From Wolbachia endosymbiont of Drosophila innubila (lineage in GTDB: Bacteria; Pseudomonadota; Alphaproteobacteria; Rickettsiales; Anaplasmataceae), in the NCBI RefSeq assembly GCF_021378375.1, contig NZ_CP076228.1:330001-362000 (forward strand): DNA of 32,000 bases, given 5' to 3'. Under the pieces are notes generated by a model that worked only from the letters and a program-made list of their open reading frames with translations, ran no database searches and had not been told where the DNA came from. Below, in pieces: positions 8,929 through 18,650 of the stretch; positions within the stretch are counted from its first letter, which is position 1, and each line of letters begins with the position of its first letter. The position numbers were made by a program, and so were the translations under genes.

Positions 8929-10101
8929 ATGAGCAAAATTATAGAAATCAGAGCACCAAAAACTCTTGGTGGTGAATCAGTTACAGAAGGTATAGTAAAA
9001 ATAAAGAAGGGTATTGGAGAAGCAGTAAAAGTAGATGACTTGATCTTTGAAATTGAAACTGACAAAACAGCACTCGAATTAACTGCAGAAGCTTCAGGGC
9101 AAATAACTGAATTTCTTATAAAAGAAGATGATGTAATAAGTCCTGATCAATTGTTAGCGAAGCTTTCCATGGGAGAAGTAAAAGAGGAAGCGAGAAAAGA
9201 AGATAAAAGCGAAAGTGCTGCTAAAAAAGATGCTCCATCAGCTCGTAAAATTATGGAAGAAAATGCAATCAGTGCAGAAAGCGTCAAAGGAACTGGCATG
9301 GGAGGCAGAATAACAAAAGCAGATGTGATAGGCCATATGAACAAAGCTGAACAACCTGCAATAAAACAATATGAATTGCCAAAAAGTGTAGTAAATGGAG
9401 AGCAAAGAGAGGAACGAGTAAAAATGAGCAAAATAAGGCAAGTAATTGCCGCTCGTTTGAAAGCATCGCAAAATACTGCTGCAATACTGACCACGTTCAA
9501 TGAAATTGACATGAAGAATGTCATGGATCTAAGAGCAAAATATAAGGACGCCTTTGAAAAAAAATATGGAATAAAACTTGGTTTTATGTCGTTTTTTATA
9601 AAGGCAGCGGTGCAAGCATTGAAAGAAATTGCTGAAATTAACGCTGAAATCTCAGGCGATGAAATCATATATAAACATTACTATGACGTAGGTGTTGCTG
9701 TTGGCACCGATAAAGGTCTTGTTGTACCAGTTATTCGGGGTGCCGATCAGATGTCATTTGCAGAAATTGAGTTGACTTTAGTTGCTCTTGGCAAAAAAGC
9801 TCGTGAGGGTAAATTACAAGTATCAGAAATGGAAGGTGCAACATTTACCATCTCAAACGGTGGAGTATACGGTTCACTTCTTTCCACTCCGATAATAAAC
9901 CCTCCGCAATCTGGAATACTTGGAATGCATTCAATACAAAACAGGCCAGTTGCTGTTGGTAATGCAGTAGAAATCAGACCTATGATGTACATTGCTCTCT
10001 CTTACGATCACAGAATAGTTGACGGCAAAGGAGCAGTAACTTTCCTCGTTAAAATAAAAAATTATATAGAAGATCCAAATAGATTAGTTTTGGAAGTGTA
10101 G
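8929..10101 (+). CDS. sucB: Dihydrolipoyllysine-residue succinyltransferase, E2 of 2-oxoglutarate dehydrogenase
   Basis: N-terminal lipoyl domain ([11 protein letters not shown]), E3-binding segment ([12 protein letters not shown]), catalytic domain with DHRIVDG. Confidence 0.93.
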   Translation: MSKIIEIRAPKTLGGESVTEGIVKIKKGIGEAVKVDDLIFEIETDKTALELTAEASGQITEFLIKEDDVISPDQLLAKLSMGEVKEEARKEDKSESAAKKDAPSARKIMEENAISAESVKGTGMGGRITKADVIGHMNKAEQPAIKQYELPKSVVNGEQREERVKMSKIRQVIAARLKASQNTAAILTTFNEIDMKNVMDLRAKYKDAFEKKYGIKLGFMSFFIKAAVQALKEIAEINAEISGDEIIYKHYYDVGVAVGTDKGLVVPVIRGADQMSFAEIELTLVALGKKAREGKLQVSEMEGATFTISNGGVYGSLLSTPIINPPQSGILGMHSIQNRPVAVGNAVEIRPMMYIALSYDHRIVDGKGAVTFLVKIKNYIEDPNRLVLEV

Positions 10102-10139
10102 CTCAAATGAATTGTTGTTAATCCAGTATTGCTAAAAAC

Positions 10140-12695
10140 CTAAATGTCATCTAGTTCTGCCAGCAGTTTAGCAACTTCCGGATGATCAGGGCCATAATGT
10201 TTCTCAAAAATAGGCAAGGCCTGTTCAAGCAATTCCTCTTGTTTCTTGTGATCGCCCAAAGCGCCATAGGCAATACCAAGATTTGCCAGTAGTTTGGCAA
10301 CTTGAACATGACCAGAGCCATAATGTTTCTCAAAAATAGGTAAAGCTCGTTCAAACAACTCTTTTGCTTTCTGATGATCGCCAAAAGTGCCATAAACGAT
10401 ACCGAGGGTTGCCAGTAATTTAACAACTTCAAAATGGTCGAGGCCGTAATGTTTCTTTCGAATTGCTAGAGCCTGTTCAAGCAACTCTTTTGCCTTCTGG
10501 GGATTACCTAAAACCCTATAAGAATTACCGAGATTTGCCAGTGTTCTAGCAACTTCAAAATGGTCAGGCCTGTAATGTTTCTTTTTGATTGCTAAAGCCC
10601 GTTCAAGTAACTCCTTTTGTTTTTTATAGTCACCTAAATCCACATGAGAGATACCAAGGTTTGTCAGAGTAATAGCGACTTCAAAATGATCAGAGTTGTA
10701 ATATTTTTCTTTAATTGTTAAGGCCTGTTCAAGCAGCTCCTTTTCTTTCTGAGGATCACCCAAAGCACCATAAGCGATACCAAGGTTTGCTAGTAGTTTA
10801 GCAACTTCAAAATGATCATAGCCATAATATTCCTTAAAGATAGGTAAAGCCCGTTCAAGCAACTCTTTTTCTTCCTGAGGATCACCTAAAGCCCTATAAG
10901 CGGTGCCTAAACTTATTAGTGTTCTAGCAACCTCAGGATGACCAGTGCCATAATGTTTCTCAAAAGTAAGTAAAGCTCGCACAAGTAAAGCCTTTTGTTT
11001 CTGAGGATCACCTAAAGCACCATAAACGTTGCCTAAGTTTGCCAGTGTTCTAGCAACTTCAGAGTGATCGGAACCACAATGTTTCTCTTGAATTGCTAAA
11101 GCTCGTTCAAGCAATTCCTTTTGTTTCTTATAATTGCCTAAATACCCGTAAGCGTTACCTAGGTTTGCCAGCAGTTTAGCAACTTCGAAATGATCAGGGC
11201 TATAATGTGTCTTCAAGATAGGTAAAGCCCGTTCAAGCAACTCTTTTTCTTTCTGAGGATCACCTAAAGCACCATAAGCAATGCCAAGGTTTGCTAATGT
11301 AATAGCAGCTTGAAAATGATCAGAGCCATAATGTTTCTTGATGATAGGTAAAACCCGTTCAAGCGACTTCTTTTGTCTTCTAGGATCTAAATCAAAATAT
11401 CCATCGCCTATCCATATTAACAAATTTACAAGATAATCCTTTTCTATTGTTTGTTTTTCTGAAGGATTTTTTGTTAGCCAATTATCTACATGTGATAAGA
11501 ACGCTTCTAAATGCGGCAATAATTGTCGTTTCTTAGCATAATCTTCTAATTTATCACTGCCGTAAGGAAAGCTTTCTTCCAGTAACTCAAAAGTCTTTTT
11601 CACAACTTTGTCTTTGCCTTGTTTTTCTAACTCTATTCTTGTTACTTGCTGTACTAACCTGTGGATATTGACTGAGCTTTGCTCTTCTCCTGAGTTGATC
11701 ATTGAATATTGTTTAAGTAGTTGGATAGCATCACCTAACTTTTCTTCATTGCGTTCTACCCCTAAAAACATTTTTGCAGGAATGTTGTCAGGAGCAATAT
11801 AGGCAATGATATCCAAGATTTCTTTGGCTTGCTGACCATACTCTGGGTTATCTTTGATTTTATCAATAGTAATTCTCCAGGTTATAAAAGTTGTCTTGGT
11901 GTAGCTATTGTCGCTGTCTTTAGGAAACTTAAAATCAAGTAATTTTTCTGCTTCCTCTTTGTATCTCTTTAAATAATCACTAATTTCAAACTTCAAGCCT
12001 ACATTCTTTAATGCTATATCCCTTTCTTTTATGTATGCAACTGCCTGCTGCAAAGCTAAAGGAAAATGCTGTAATGTTTCTGCCAAATTCTTTATTTCAT
12101 TTTCTTGTGAACCATCTTTTATACCTAATGCTTTTCTAATAAAGTCTATTGATTCTGGTTCAGTAAATGCACCCAATGTTAATGATTTTATATCTCCCCA
12201 TTTCTGATTACGAGAGGTAATCAAAACACTAGGTTTATTATCATCAGATGATAAAAAGTGGGACGGTAAGAATTGACTAATACCAGCATCTTGACCTTCA
12301 CTTCTATATTCTTCTGCATTATCGAAAACAAAGAGACTTTTTCTCTTGGCGAAAAAAGCGTATATGTCTCTTACAATAGATTCAATATCCCTATCTTCTG
12401 TAGGAATGCCTAAAGGATCTCTAGCTAACCTGAGAAAAGACTGCACCATGGTTTCATGGGTTTCAGCTTTTATCCATATAATATTGTTGTCATAATCTTT
12501 ACTGTGTTCTTCAATATATTTTTTGGCCAGCTCAGTCTTACCTATTCCTCCCAACCCACTAATAGAAACCAGTTGCGATATTACTGTGGCTACACCTTGA
12601 CTTTTTTGTATTAATTTGTGTAGTTCTCGTAATTCTTCTGTGCTTCCAGTGAACGATCCTACTGGATTTCTCACCTCAAATCGAAAGCCTCCTAA
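10140..12695 (-). pseudogene. C-terminal fragment (NB-ARC NTPase + 42-aa TPR array) of an IS-disrupted NLR-like STAND gene
   Basis: Walker A GLGGIGKT (12534-12557), LFVFDNAE, VLITSR, HFPLAL (GLPLAL-type) and NIHRLV (MHD-like) motifs, then ~10 TPR_10/12-like repeats. The track ORF start (TTG 12711-12713) and its first 6 codons lie inside the IS terminal repeat. Confidence 0.85.
10143..11366 (-). repeat. Coding tandem repeat, 126-bp period (9 full + 1 truncated 42-aa TPR units)
   Basis: Units of the form LLERALPIFEKHYGxDHxEVAKLLANLGxAYGALGDxQKxKE repeat head to tail to the stop codon. Confidence 0.85.
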
Positions 12696-13610
12696 GAGGT
12701 TGTCCGGAAACAAGTAAATTCAAGCATATTCCCTCTTTAACATAACCCTACTCATAGCTAGGTATATGAAATTCTCAGTGGATGTTGTGAGTAAATCATA
12801 CTCCTTCGATAGCCTTCTATTCCTATTAACCCAAGCAAAAGTCCTTTCTACAACCCATCTTCTTGGCTGTACTTTAAACCCTTGTTCTCTTGTTGGTAGT
12901 AGCTCAGGTGGCGTATCTTTGTGCACCCAAAATCTACATGGAGGCCTTTTAACAATTTCAATATCTATGTCATATTCTTCCTTTATGTGATTCTTTAAAT
13001 TTCTTCCTTGGTATCCCATGTCAGCCCACATTTTTTTAACTTTAGTATATTTTGTTCTCATATTGTTTAATGCTATTTTAATACCATCTCTATCATTTTC
13101 GTTAGCAGCGCCTACGTAACAACCTAGTATAAAACCCTGAGTGTCTGTAATTATATGCCTTTTTCTACCCTTTACTTTTTTACTTCCATCATAGCCTTTG
13201 ATCCCCCCTTTTCTGTAGTCTTTACAGATTGACTATCTACTATACAGGCACTCGGCTGCTCATTCTTTCCTATTTTTCTTCTACTATATTTTGTAATTTC
13301 ATAATTCATTTTCTCAAAATTCCCTGCTTCTTCCATTGCCTGAACTGCTCATACACAGTCTTCCATAGCGGAAAATCATTTGGTAAATACCGCCATTGAC
13401 ACCCTGTACGCAATACATAGAAAATTGCTTCTAATATTTCTTTTTTGCTATACTTTGGCAGCCTTCCTCCTTTCTTGTATGATACTCTGAAGTGTTTTTC
13501 TATTCTTGCCCATTCCCTTTCGCTTAGATCTGTTGGATACTTTTTTCTCATCTTTACCCCGTACTAAAATTTCAGATATTATAGCCTTTTACTTGTTTCC
13601 GGACAACCTC
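12696..13610 (-). mobile_element. IS5-family insertion sequence (ISWpi1-like), copy 1, 915 bp, inserted inside the STAND gene
   Basis: Terminal inverted repeats GAGGTTGTCCGGAAACAAGTAAA / TTTACTTGTTTCCGGACAACCTC. TAA duplicated at 12693-12695 and 13611-13613. Collinear with copy 2 (18651-19566) apart from 3 indels. Confidence 0.92.
12720..13551 (-). pseudogene. IS5-family DDE transposase (orfA/orfB), orfA truncated by a T-run contraction
   Basis: orfA 13306-13551 ends after 81 aa (..QGILRK*) because GGGAATTTTGAG has T4 where copy 2 has T5 (..QGIFEKMNYEITKY..). The orfB part (12720-13061 and upstream) carries ..WADMGYQG...VERTFAWVNRNRRL. Confidence 0.8.
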
Positions 13611-14534
13611 TAAGATTTCTTCTTTCATCTTGCGAAAGAATTCTCTTCCGTCTTCATGTGTAAGAAAACGTCTCCCTTTTTCTTTCAACCAATCTAGCAT
13701 TTTTTCTTGGAAGCGAGCGTAAACATTCTGTCTATCAATATCATTAAATTGCTCGCCTAGCTCACTTTTGATAATATCCGCTAGTTTTATTTCATTGGGC
13801 TGATTTACTGCAAATACTAACTTATCAAAAAATTCTTTTATATTGTCTTCCAACCTACCTTCATTCATCATTCGTCCAAATTCACGTTGCCACATCTGAT
13901 TTCTTTCCAATTTCCTTTTTGAGTTCTGATCTGGCTTGTTTTGGAGTTTTTTTATCTCCTCTTCTAATTCTTCCATCGCTTCTTCTACAGCACTTTCAAA
14001 TGCTGGTTGCACTACTGAAATTATGTTATTGTGAATATAAGAGAACTTATATCTAGTGCCACCATCTTTAAAAAAGACATCACTAGTGTCGATTACTTCA
14101 ACTAAAATTTCTATTTCCTCGTTTGGTCCTAAAGTTTTTACCCTCAACTTCTTCACTGTGTTTCGTGCTGTGCTTTGATCCAGATCAAAATCGATATTAG
14201 TACAGATAATAAAATCTTTCAGGTTACCATCTGCAAAATCTTGATTATTTTTGATCTTTAGGTAAGAAACAAAATACTTTGCTAATCCAAACTCACCACT
14301 TTTATCTTTTGTAAGTAAGTTCCCTACTCCAATTTTCTTGTTATCTTCATCTTGTGTGTGTTTAGCCTGCAAAAAACGGTATACTTTCTTACTACCTTGG
14401 GTACATTCAAATACTAAATCATCGAATTTTCTGGCCTCTTCTATTTCTGTACCTAAGCGAAAAGAGTGCTGATAGAGCACTCCTCGATGCAAAAATAGCA
14501 TCAATACCTTTAGCTGGTAGATATTACCGTGCAT
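13611..14534 (-). pseudogene. N-terminal fragment (308 codons) of the IS-disrupted STAND gene; PD-(D/E)xK-like head plus charged coiled-coil-like linker
   Basis: MHGNIYQLKVLMLFLHRGVLYQHSFRLGTEIEEARKFDDLVFECTQGSKKVYRFLQAKH has D38-D39, E43 and Q56-x-K58 spacing (14361-14447). GAGG lies ~10 nt upstream of the ATG. The last 12 codons of the track ORF (13572-13610) are IS sequence. Confidence 0.8.
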
Positions 14535-14723
14535 AACTAGTTACCTCATACAGGCTGCTATAAATTTGTTTGATCTAGAATTAAAGATTACCAAACACTA
14601 AAATAATGCAATAGAGTCTTTATGTGTTGATAGAAAGGCCTTCGAGGGTAGGAATTGCCTGGCAAACTCTTAATTCTTGATTTAAAAAAGACTTTCCAAA
14701 GACTCCCCAAATCTAATATGTAA

Positions 14724-14752
14724 TTGCTGTAGGCTGCATTTAGTAATATAAT
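14724..14752 (+). promoter_or_regulatory. Candidate secA promoter (TTGCTG-17 nt-TATAAT)
   Basis: TTGCTG at 14724-14729, 17-nt spacer, TATAAT at 14747-14752, ~30 nt upstream of the first possible secA start. Confidence 0.4.
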
Positions 14753-14782
14753 CTCATATTAAATAAGACTTTACTTAAGTTT

Positions 14783-17443
14783 ATGCTAGATTCTCCGCTA
14801 ATTTTGACAGCCATTCTTATATTTTTCATTTTTACGTTGTCATTCTTTTTTATAAGAAAGATATTTGGGTCAACAAATAAGAAGATAATAAAATCCTTTA
14901 GGAAAATTGTTCAGCAAATAAATGCATTAGAAACAGAAATGCAGAGTTTATCTGATGAGGAGCTTGCTGGTAAAACTGAAGAATTCAAACAAGAATTGAA
15001 AAATGGGAAAACGTTAAATGATCTTCTCGTACCTGCATTTGCAGTTGTGCGTGAAGCCTCTCGAAGGTTTCTTAACATGAGGCACTTTGATGTTCAACTG
15101 ATTGGTGGAATGGTGCTCCACAATGGTATGATATCAGAAATGAAAACAGGAGAGGGAAAGACACTCGTTGCAACTTTAGCAGCATATCTAAATTCCTTAG
15201 AAGGGAAAGGCGTACACGTCGTAACTGTTAATGACTACCTTGCAAAACGAGACACAGAGTGGATGAGCAAATTATATAATTCTCTTGGGGTTTCTGTTGC
15301 GTTTATTACGAATAACTTGACAGACGAAGAGAGGAAAGAGGCTTACAGTGCAGATATCGTGTATTCCACAAATAACGAGCTTGCCTTTGATTACCTGCGA
15401 GACAATATGAAATTTTCTCAAGAAGACATGGTTCAGAGAGGCTTTCACTACGGAATAGTTGATGAAGTGGACTCAATACTCATTGATGAAGCTCGCACTC
15501 CGCTTATTATTTCTGGCCCGGTTGAGGAAAACAATCAGATATATAAGCATATCAATAAAATAGTAACCAAATTAGTTGACTCCGATTATGAAGTAGATGA
15601 AAAAGGTAGAACGGTATTCTTGACTGAAGATGGTATTTCACGAGTGGAGGAACTACTAAGGTCATACAATCTCATTCCTGAAAATTCCTCGCTCTATGAT
15701 ACTGACAGCATGATAATGACTCATTATATAGACCAAGCATTACGTGCATATAAGCTGTTTACTGCTAATAAAGATTATATAGTAAAGGATGGCAAGGTAG
15801 TGATTATTGATGAATTTACTGGGCGTATGATGGAGGGCAGGAGATATTCCGATGGTCTTCATCAGGCACTTGAAGCGAAGGAGAATCTTGAAATTCAGCA
15901 TGAAAACCAAACTTTAGCATCGGTCACATTTCAGAATTACTTTCGTATGTACAATAAACTTTCCGGAATGACGGGAACAGCAGCAACAGAGGCAGAAGAG
16001 TTTCGTGATATATACAGATTAAATGTAGTAAAAATTCCAACCAATGTACCTGTAAAAAGAGTTGATATTGATGATGAAATTTACGGTACAGAAAAGGAAA
16101 AATTTAATGCTGTGTTGAAGTTTATAGAAGAATGCTACAAACGCCTTCAACCGGTCCTTGTTGGCACGGTGAGCATCGAAAACTCTGAGAAGCTTTCTGC
16201 GCTTTTGCAAAGCCATTCTCTTAAGCATTCAGTATTGAATGCTCGTTATCATGAACAAGAGGCGTACATAATAGCGCAAGCTGGGGTGCCAGGTAGTATC
16301 ACTATAGCAACTAACATGGCAGGGCGTGGAACTGATATTCAACTCGGTGGAAATGCTGAAATGATCGCAAAGGTAGAGCTAAAGAAGATAAAAAATGCTG
16401 ATGAAAGAGAAAAAAAATACCAAGAAATAGTTGAAAGAGTAAAAAAAGATAAGGAAATTGCTATAAAAGCTGGTGGTTTATGTGTGGTTGGAACCGAAAG
16501 ACATGAAAGCAGGAGAATAGATGATCAATTACGCGGCCGTTCTGGTCGTCAGGGGGATCCTGGACTTTCTAAGTTCTTTTTATCGCTCGAAGATGACCTA
16601 ATGAGAATATTTGGCTCTGATAGAATGAGAAGCTTTTTACAAAAAGTAGGGTTAAAGAATAACGAAGCTATTCATCATCCATGGATCAATAAGGCACTCG
16701 AGAAAGCGCAAAAGAAAGTTGAAGCTAGAAACTATGACGTGCGGAAATCTCTACTTAAGTTTGATGACGTAATCAATAACCAACGTAAAGTTATTTTTAA
16801 ACAGAGAAACAATATCTTAGGCAACGAAATTAATGATTTACTTGAAGTATATAGCGAAGTAAATGAGAGCGTAGTAGAAGGCATAATCCAAAGTGGCTAT
16901 TATGAGGATTATATTGAAAATATAGTCAAAGAATTCCATACAAGGTATGGAATAACGCTTGATAAAGAAGACTTGGCAAAGTTTTTGAATAAACAAGAAG
17001 CTTTGAATTATATAAATGATAAGATACAAGAATTTTTTACTGAGAAAGAAAAATATTTCAACAGTCAGCACACTACAGATTTGTGGAATACGATCGTGAA
17101 GCAAATGATGATAATGACACTTGATCATTTATGGAGGGAACACCTTTCAGTTCTAGAGAGCCTAAGACAAAGCATAAGCTTACGTGCTATGGGGCAGAAA
17201 GATCCACTGAATGAATTTAAACGCGAAGCTTTCTTGATGTTTGAGTCAATGCTTGAAAAATGGAAGGAACTCACCATTCACCGCTTAGCACACTTTAAGT
17301 TGGCAGACAACCAAGAGATAGGCAATAGGTTACATTCTGCTAGAAATAGCAGACTTCCCAAAGTCTCAAGAAACGACAAATGTCCTTGCAACTCCGGAAA
17401 GAAATACAAACACTGCCATGGTGCGGTTACTGTGGTGAGCTAA
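14783..17443 (+). CDS. secA: Preprotein translocase ATPase SecA
   Basis: 886-aa ORF with MKTGEGKT Walker [30 protein letters not shown] and a C-terminal zinc motif [14 protein letters not shown]. The real start is probably the in-frame TTG at 14837-14839 ([12 protein letters not shown] aligns with the canonical SecA N-terminus). Confidence 0.95.
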   Translation: MLDSPLILTAILIFFIFTLSFFFIRKIFGSTNKKIIKSFRKIVQQINALETEMQSLSDEELAGKTEEFKQELKNGKTLNDLLVPAFAVVREASRRFLNMRHFDVQLIGGMVLHNGMISEMKTGEGKTLVATLAAYLNSLEGKGVHVVTVNDYLAKRDTEWMSKLYNSLGVSVAFITNNLTDEERKEAYSADIVYSTNNELAFDYLRDNMKFSQEDMVQRGFHYGIVDEVDSILIDEARTPLIISGPVEENNQIYKHINKIVTKLVDSDYEVDEKGRTVFLTEDGISRVEELLRSYNLIPENSSLYDTDSMIMTHYIDQALRAYKLFTANKDYIVKDGKVVIIDEFTGRMMEGRRYSDGLHQALEAKENLEIQHENQTLASVTFQNYFRMYNKLSGMTGTAATEAEEFRDIYRLNVVKIPTNVPVKRVDIDDEIYGTEKEKFNAVLKFIEECYKRLQPVLVGTVSIENSEKLSALLQSHSLKHSVLNARYHEQEAYIIAQAGVPGSITIATNMAGRGTDIQLGGNAEMIAKVELKKIKNADEREKKYQEIVERVKKDKEIAIKAGGLCVVGTERHESRRIDDQLRGRSGRQGDPGLSKFFLSLEDDLMRIFGSDRMRSFLQKVGLKNNEAIHHPWINKALEKAQKKVEARNYDVRKSLLKFDDVINNQRKVIFKQRNNILGNEINDLLEVYSEVNESVVEGIIQSGYYEDYIENIVKEFHTRYGITLDKEDLAKFLNKQEALNYINDKIQEFFTEKEKYFNSQHTTDLWNTIVKQMMIMTLDHLWREHLSVLESLRQSISLRAMGQKDPLNEFKREAFLMFESMLEKWKELTIHRLAHFKLADNQEIGNRLHSARNSRLPKVSRNDKCPCNSGKKYKHCHGAVTVVS

Positions 17444-17452
17444 TAATTATGG

Positions 17453-18619
17453 TTATACAGTTTGTTTATTTCCATCAACATTACTGCATCTAACCTCACT
17501 TAGCTTACTGTTTAATGAGTGCTCTGATGACTTATACGCAGCCCCATAGGAAATTCCACCAACTATCAGTGCAGATGCTACAGTAATTCCAATTATTGCT
17601 AGTGCAGGTAATGCAGTAGCGTAAACGAGTGCTAATGGAGTAACAATGGCAGCTAATATACCCACAGCAACTCCTGCTGTTATAGCTTTAGATCTATGAA
17701 TAAATGATGGATCTGCACCATCATTTAGTAGAAGTTTTGCTAGCTTTGGGTATCCACGCTGAACAGCGTAGTGTAAAGGAGTTCTTCCTCCTCGATCTTG
17801 TATATTAACATCTGCTCCTTTTTTTAGTAAAACTTCTACTACTTGTGTGTGTCCATGCTTAGCAGCATTATGTAAAGGAGTTCTTCCAACTTTACTTTGC
17901 ACATTAACATCTGCCTCTTTTTCTATAAGATGTTTTACTACCTCTATATAACCATTATTAGCAGCATTATGTAAAGGAGTTCTTCCAACTTTACTTTGCA
18001 CATTAACATCTGCCTCTTTTTCTATAAGATGTTTTACTACCTCTATATAACCATTATTAGCAGCATTATGTAAAGGAGTTCTTCCAACTTTACTTTGCAC
18101 ATTAACATCTGCCCCTTTTTTTATAAGATGTTTTACTACCTCTATATGACCATTATTAGCAGCATCATGTAAAGGAGTTTCCCCATACCTATTTTTCAGA
18201 TCGATATCTGCTTCTTTTTTTGACAAAATTTCTACTATTCGTATGTGTACATGTTTAGCAACAACATGTAAAGGAGCTTCTTTGCAATATCCATTTTTTA
18301 TACCGGTTTTCGCTCCATTGTCTAATAGATTTTCTACTATTTGTATGTGCCCATGTTCAGCAGCAACATATAAAAGAGTCCTTTCATATTCTATAAAGAA
18401 CCCTGTTAATTTTGTATCTTTAGCTATCATACGCAACATGATACCTGGTAAAAACAGGTGATCTATATCAAACTTGTTATCTTTCCACCCGTTGTATACG
18501 CGTGGGTCCTTTTCCTGCAGCTTATCCTTAATTTTATCAATTATATTATCTTTATTGAAGCCTTGATCATTAATTTCTTGTAATATTTCCTTTAGCATTT
18601 CTTCAAATTCTGATCCCAC
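17453..18619 (-). CDS. Ankyrin-repeat protein (about 7-8 ANK repeats) with a C-terminal pair of predicted transmembrane helices
   Basis: Repeats of GRTPLHNAANNGYIEVVKHLIEKEADVNVQSKV type. C-terminus AITAGVAVGILAAIVTPLALVYATALPALAIIGITVASALIVGGISYGAAY. GTG start with AGGAAA 5-6 nt upstream. Confidence 0.9.
   Translation of the reverse strand: MGSEFEEMLKEILQEINDQGFNKDNIIDKIKDKLQEKDPRVYNGWKDNKFDIDHLFLPGIMLRMIAKDTKLTGFFIEYERTLLYVAAEHGHIQIVENLLDNGAKTGIKNGYCKEAPLHVVAKHVHIRIVEILSKKEADIDLKNRYGETPLHDAANNGHIEVVKHLIKKGADVNVQSKVGRTPLHNAANNGYIEVVKHLIEKEADVNVQSKVGRTPLHNAANNGYIEVVKHLIEKEADVNVQSKVGRTPLHNAAKHGHTQVVEVLLKKGADVNIQDRGGRTPLHYAVQRGYPKLAKLLLNDGADPSFIHRSKAITAGVAVGILAAIVTPLALVYATALPALAIIGITVASALIVGGISYGAAYKSSEHSLNSKLSEVRCSNVDGNKQTV
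17862..18158 (-). repeat. 99-bp tandem repeat inside the ankyrin gene (two identical units plus one with 3 differences)
   Basis: 17862-17960 and 17961-18059 are identical base for base by my reading. 18060-18158 differs at 3 positions. Confidence 0.9.
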
Positions 18620-18650
18620 TATTTCCTACCAAGCTATAAAACTTTATTAA

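Noticed and set aside
9147-9992. Minus-strand ORFs inside sucB (9147-9668, 9238-9471, 9284-9484, 9747-9992)
   Set aside because: They are antisense to a well-supported sucB CDS and are typical shadow ORFs in AT-rich DNA.
10143-11366. Possible CRISPR-like periodicity (126-bp repeats), and also the 99-bp repeats at 17862-18158
   Set aside because: The periodic units are in frame and encode TPR and ankyrin repeats respectively. There is no repeat-spacer organisation and no cas genes.
10140-12713. 857-aa ORF as a complete native gene with a TTG start
   Set aside because: The start codon and first 6 codons are the IS terminal inverted repeat. The reading frame continues seamlessly from 13611-14534 once the IS is removed, so this is a fragment.
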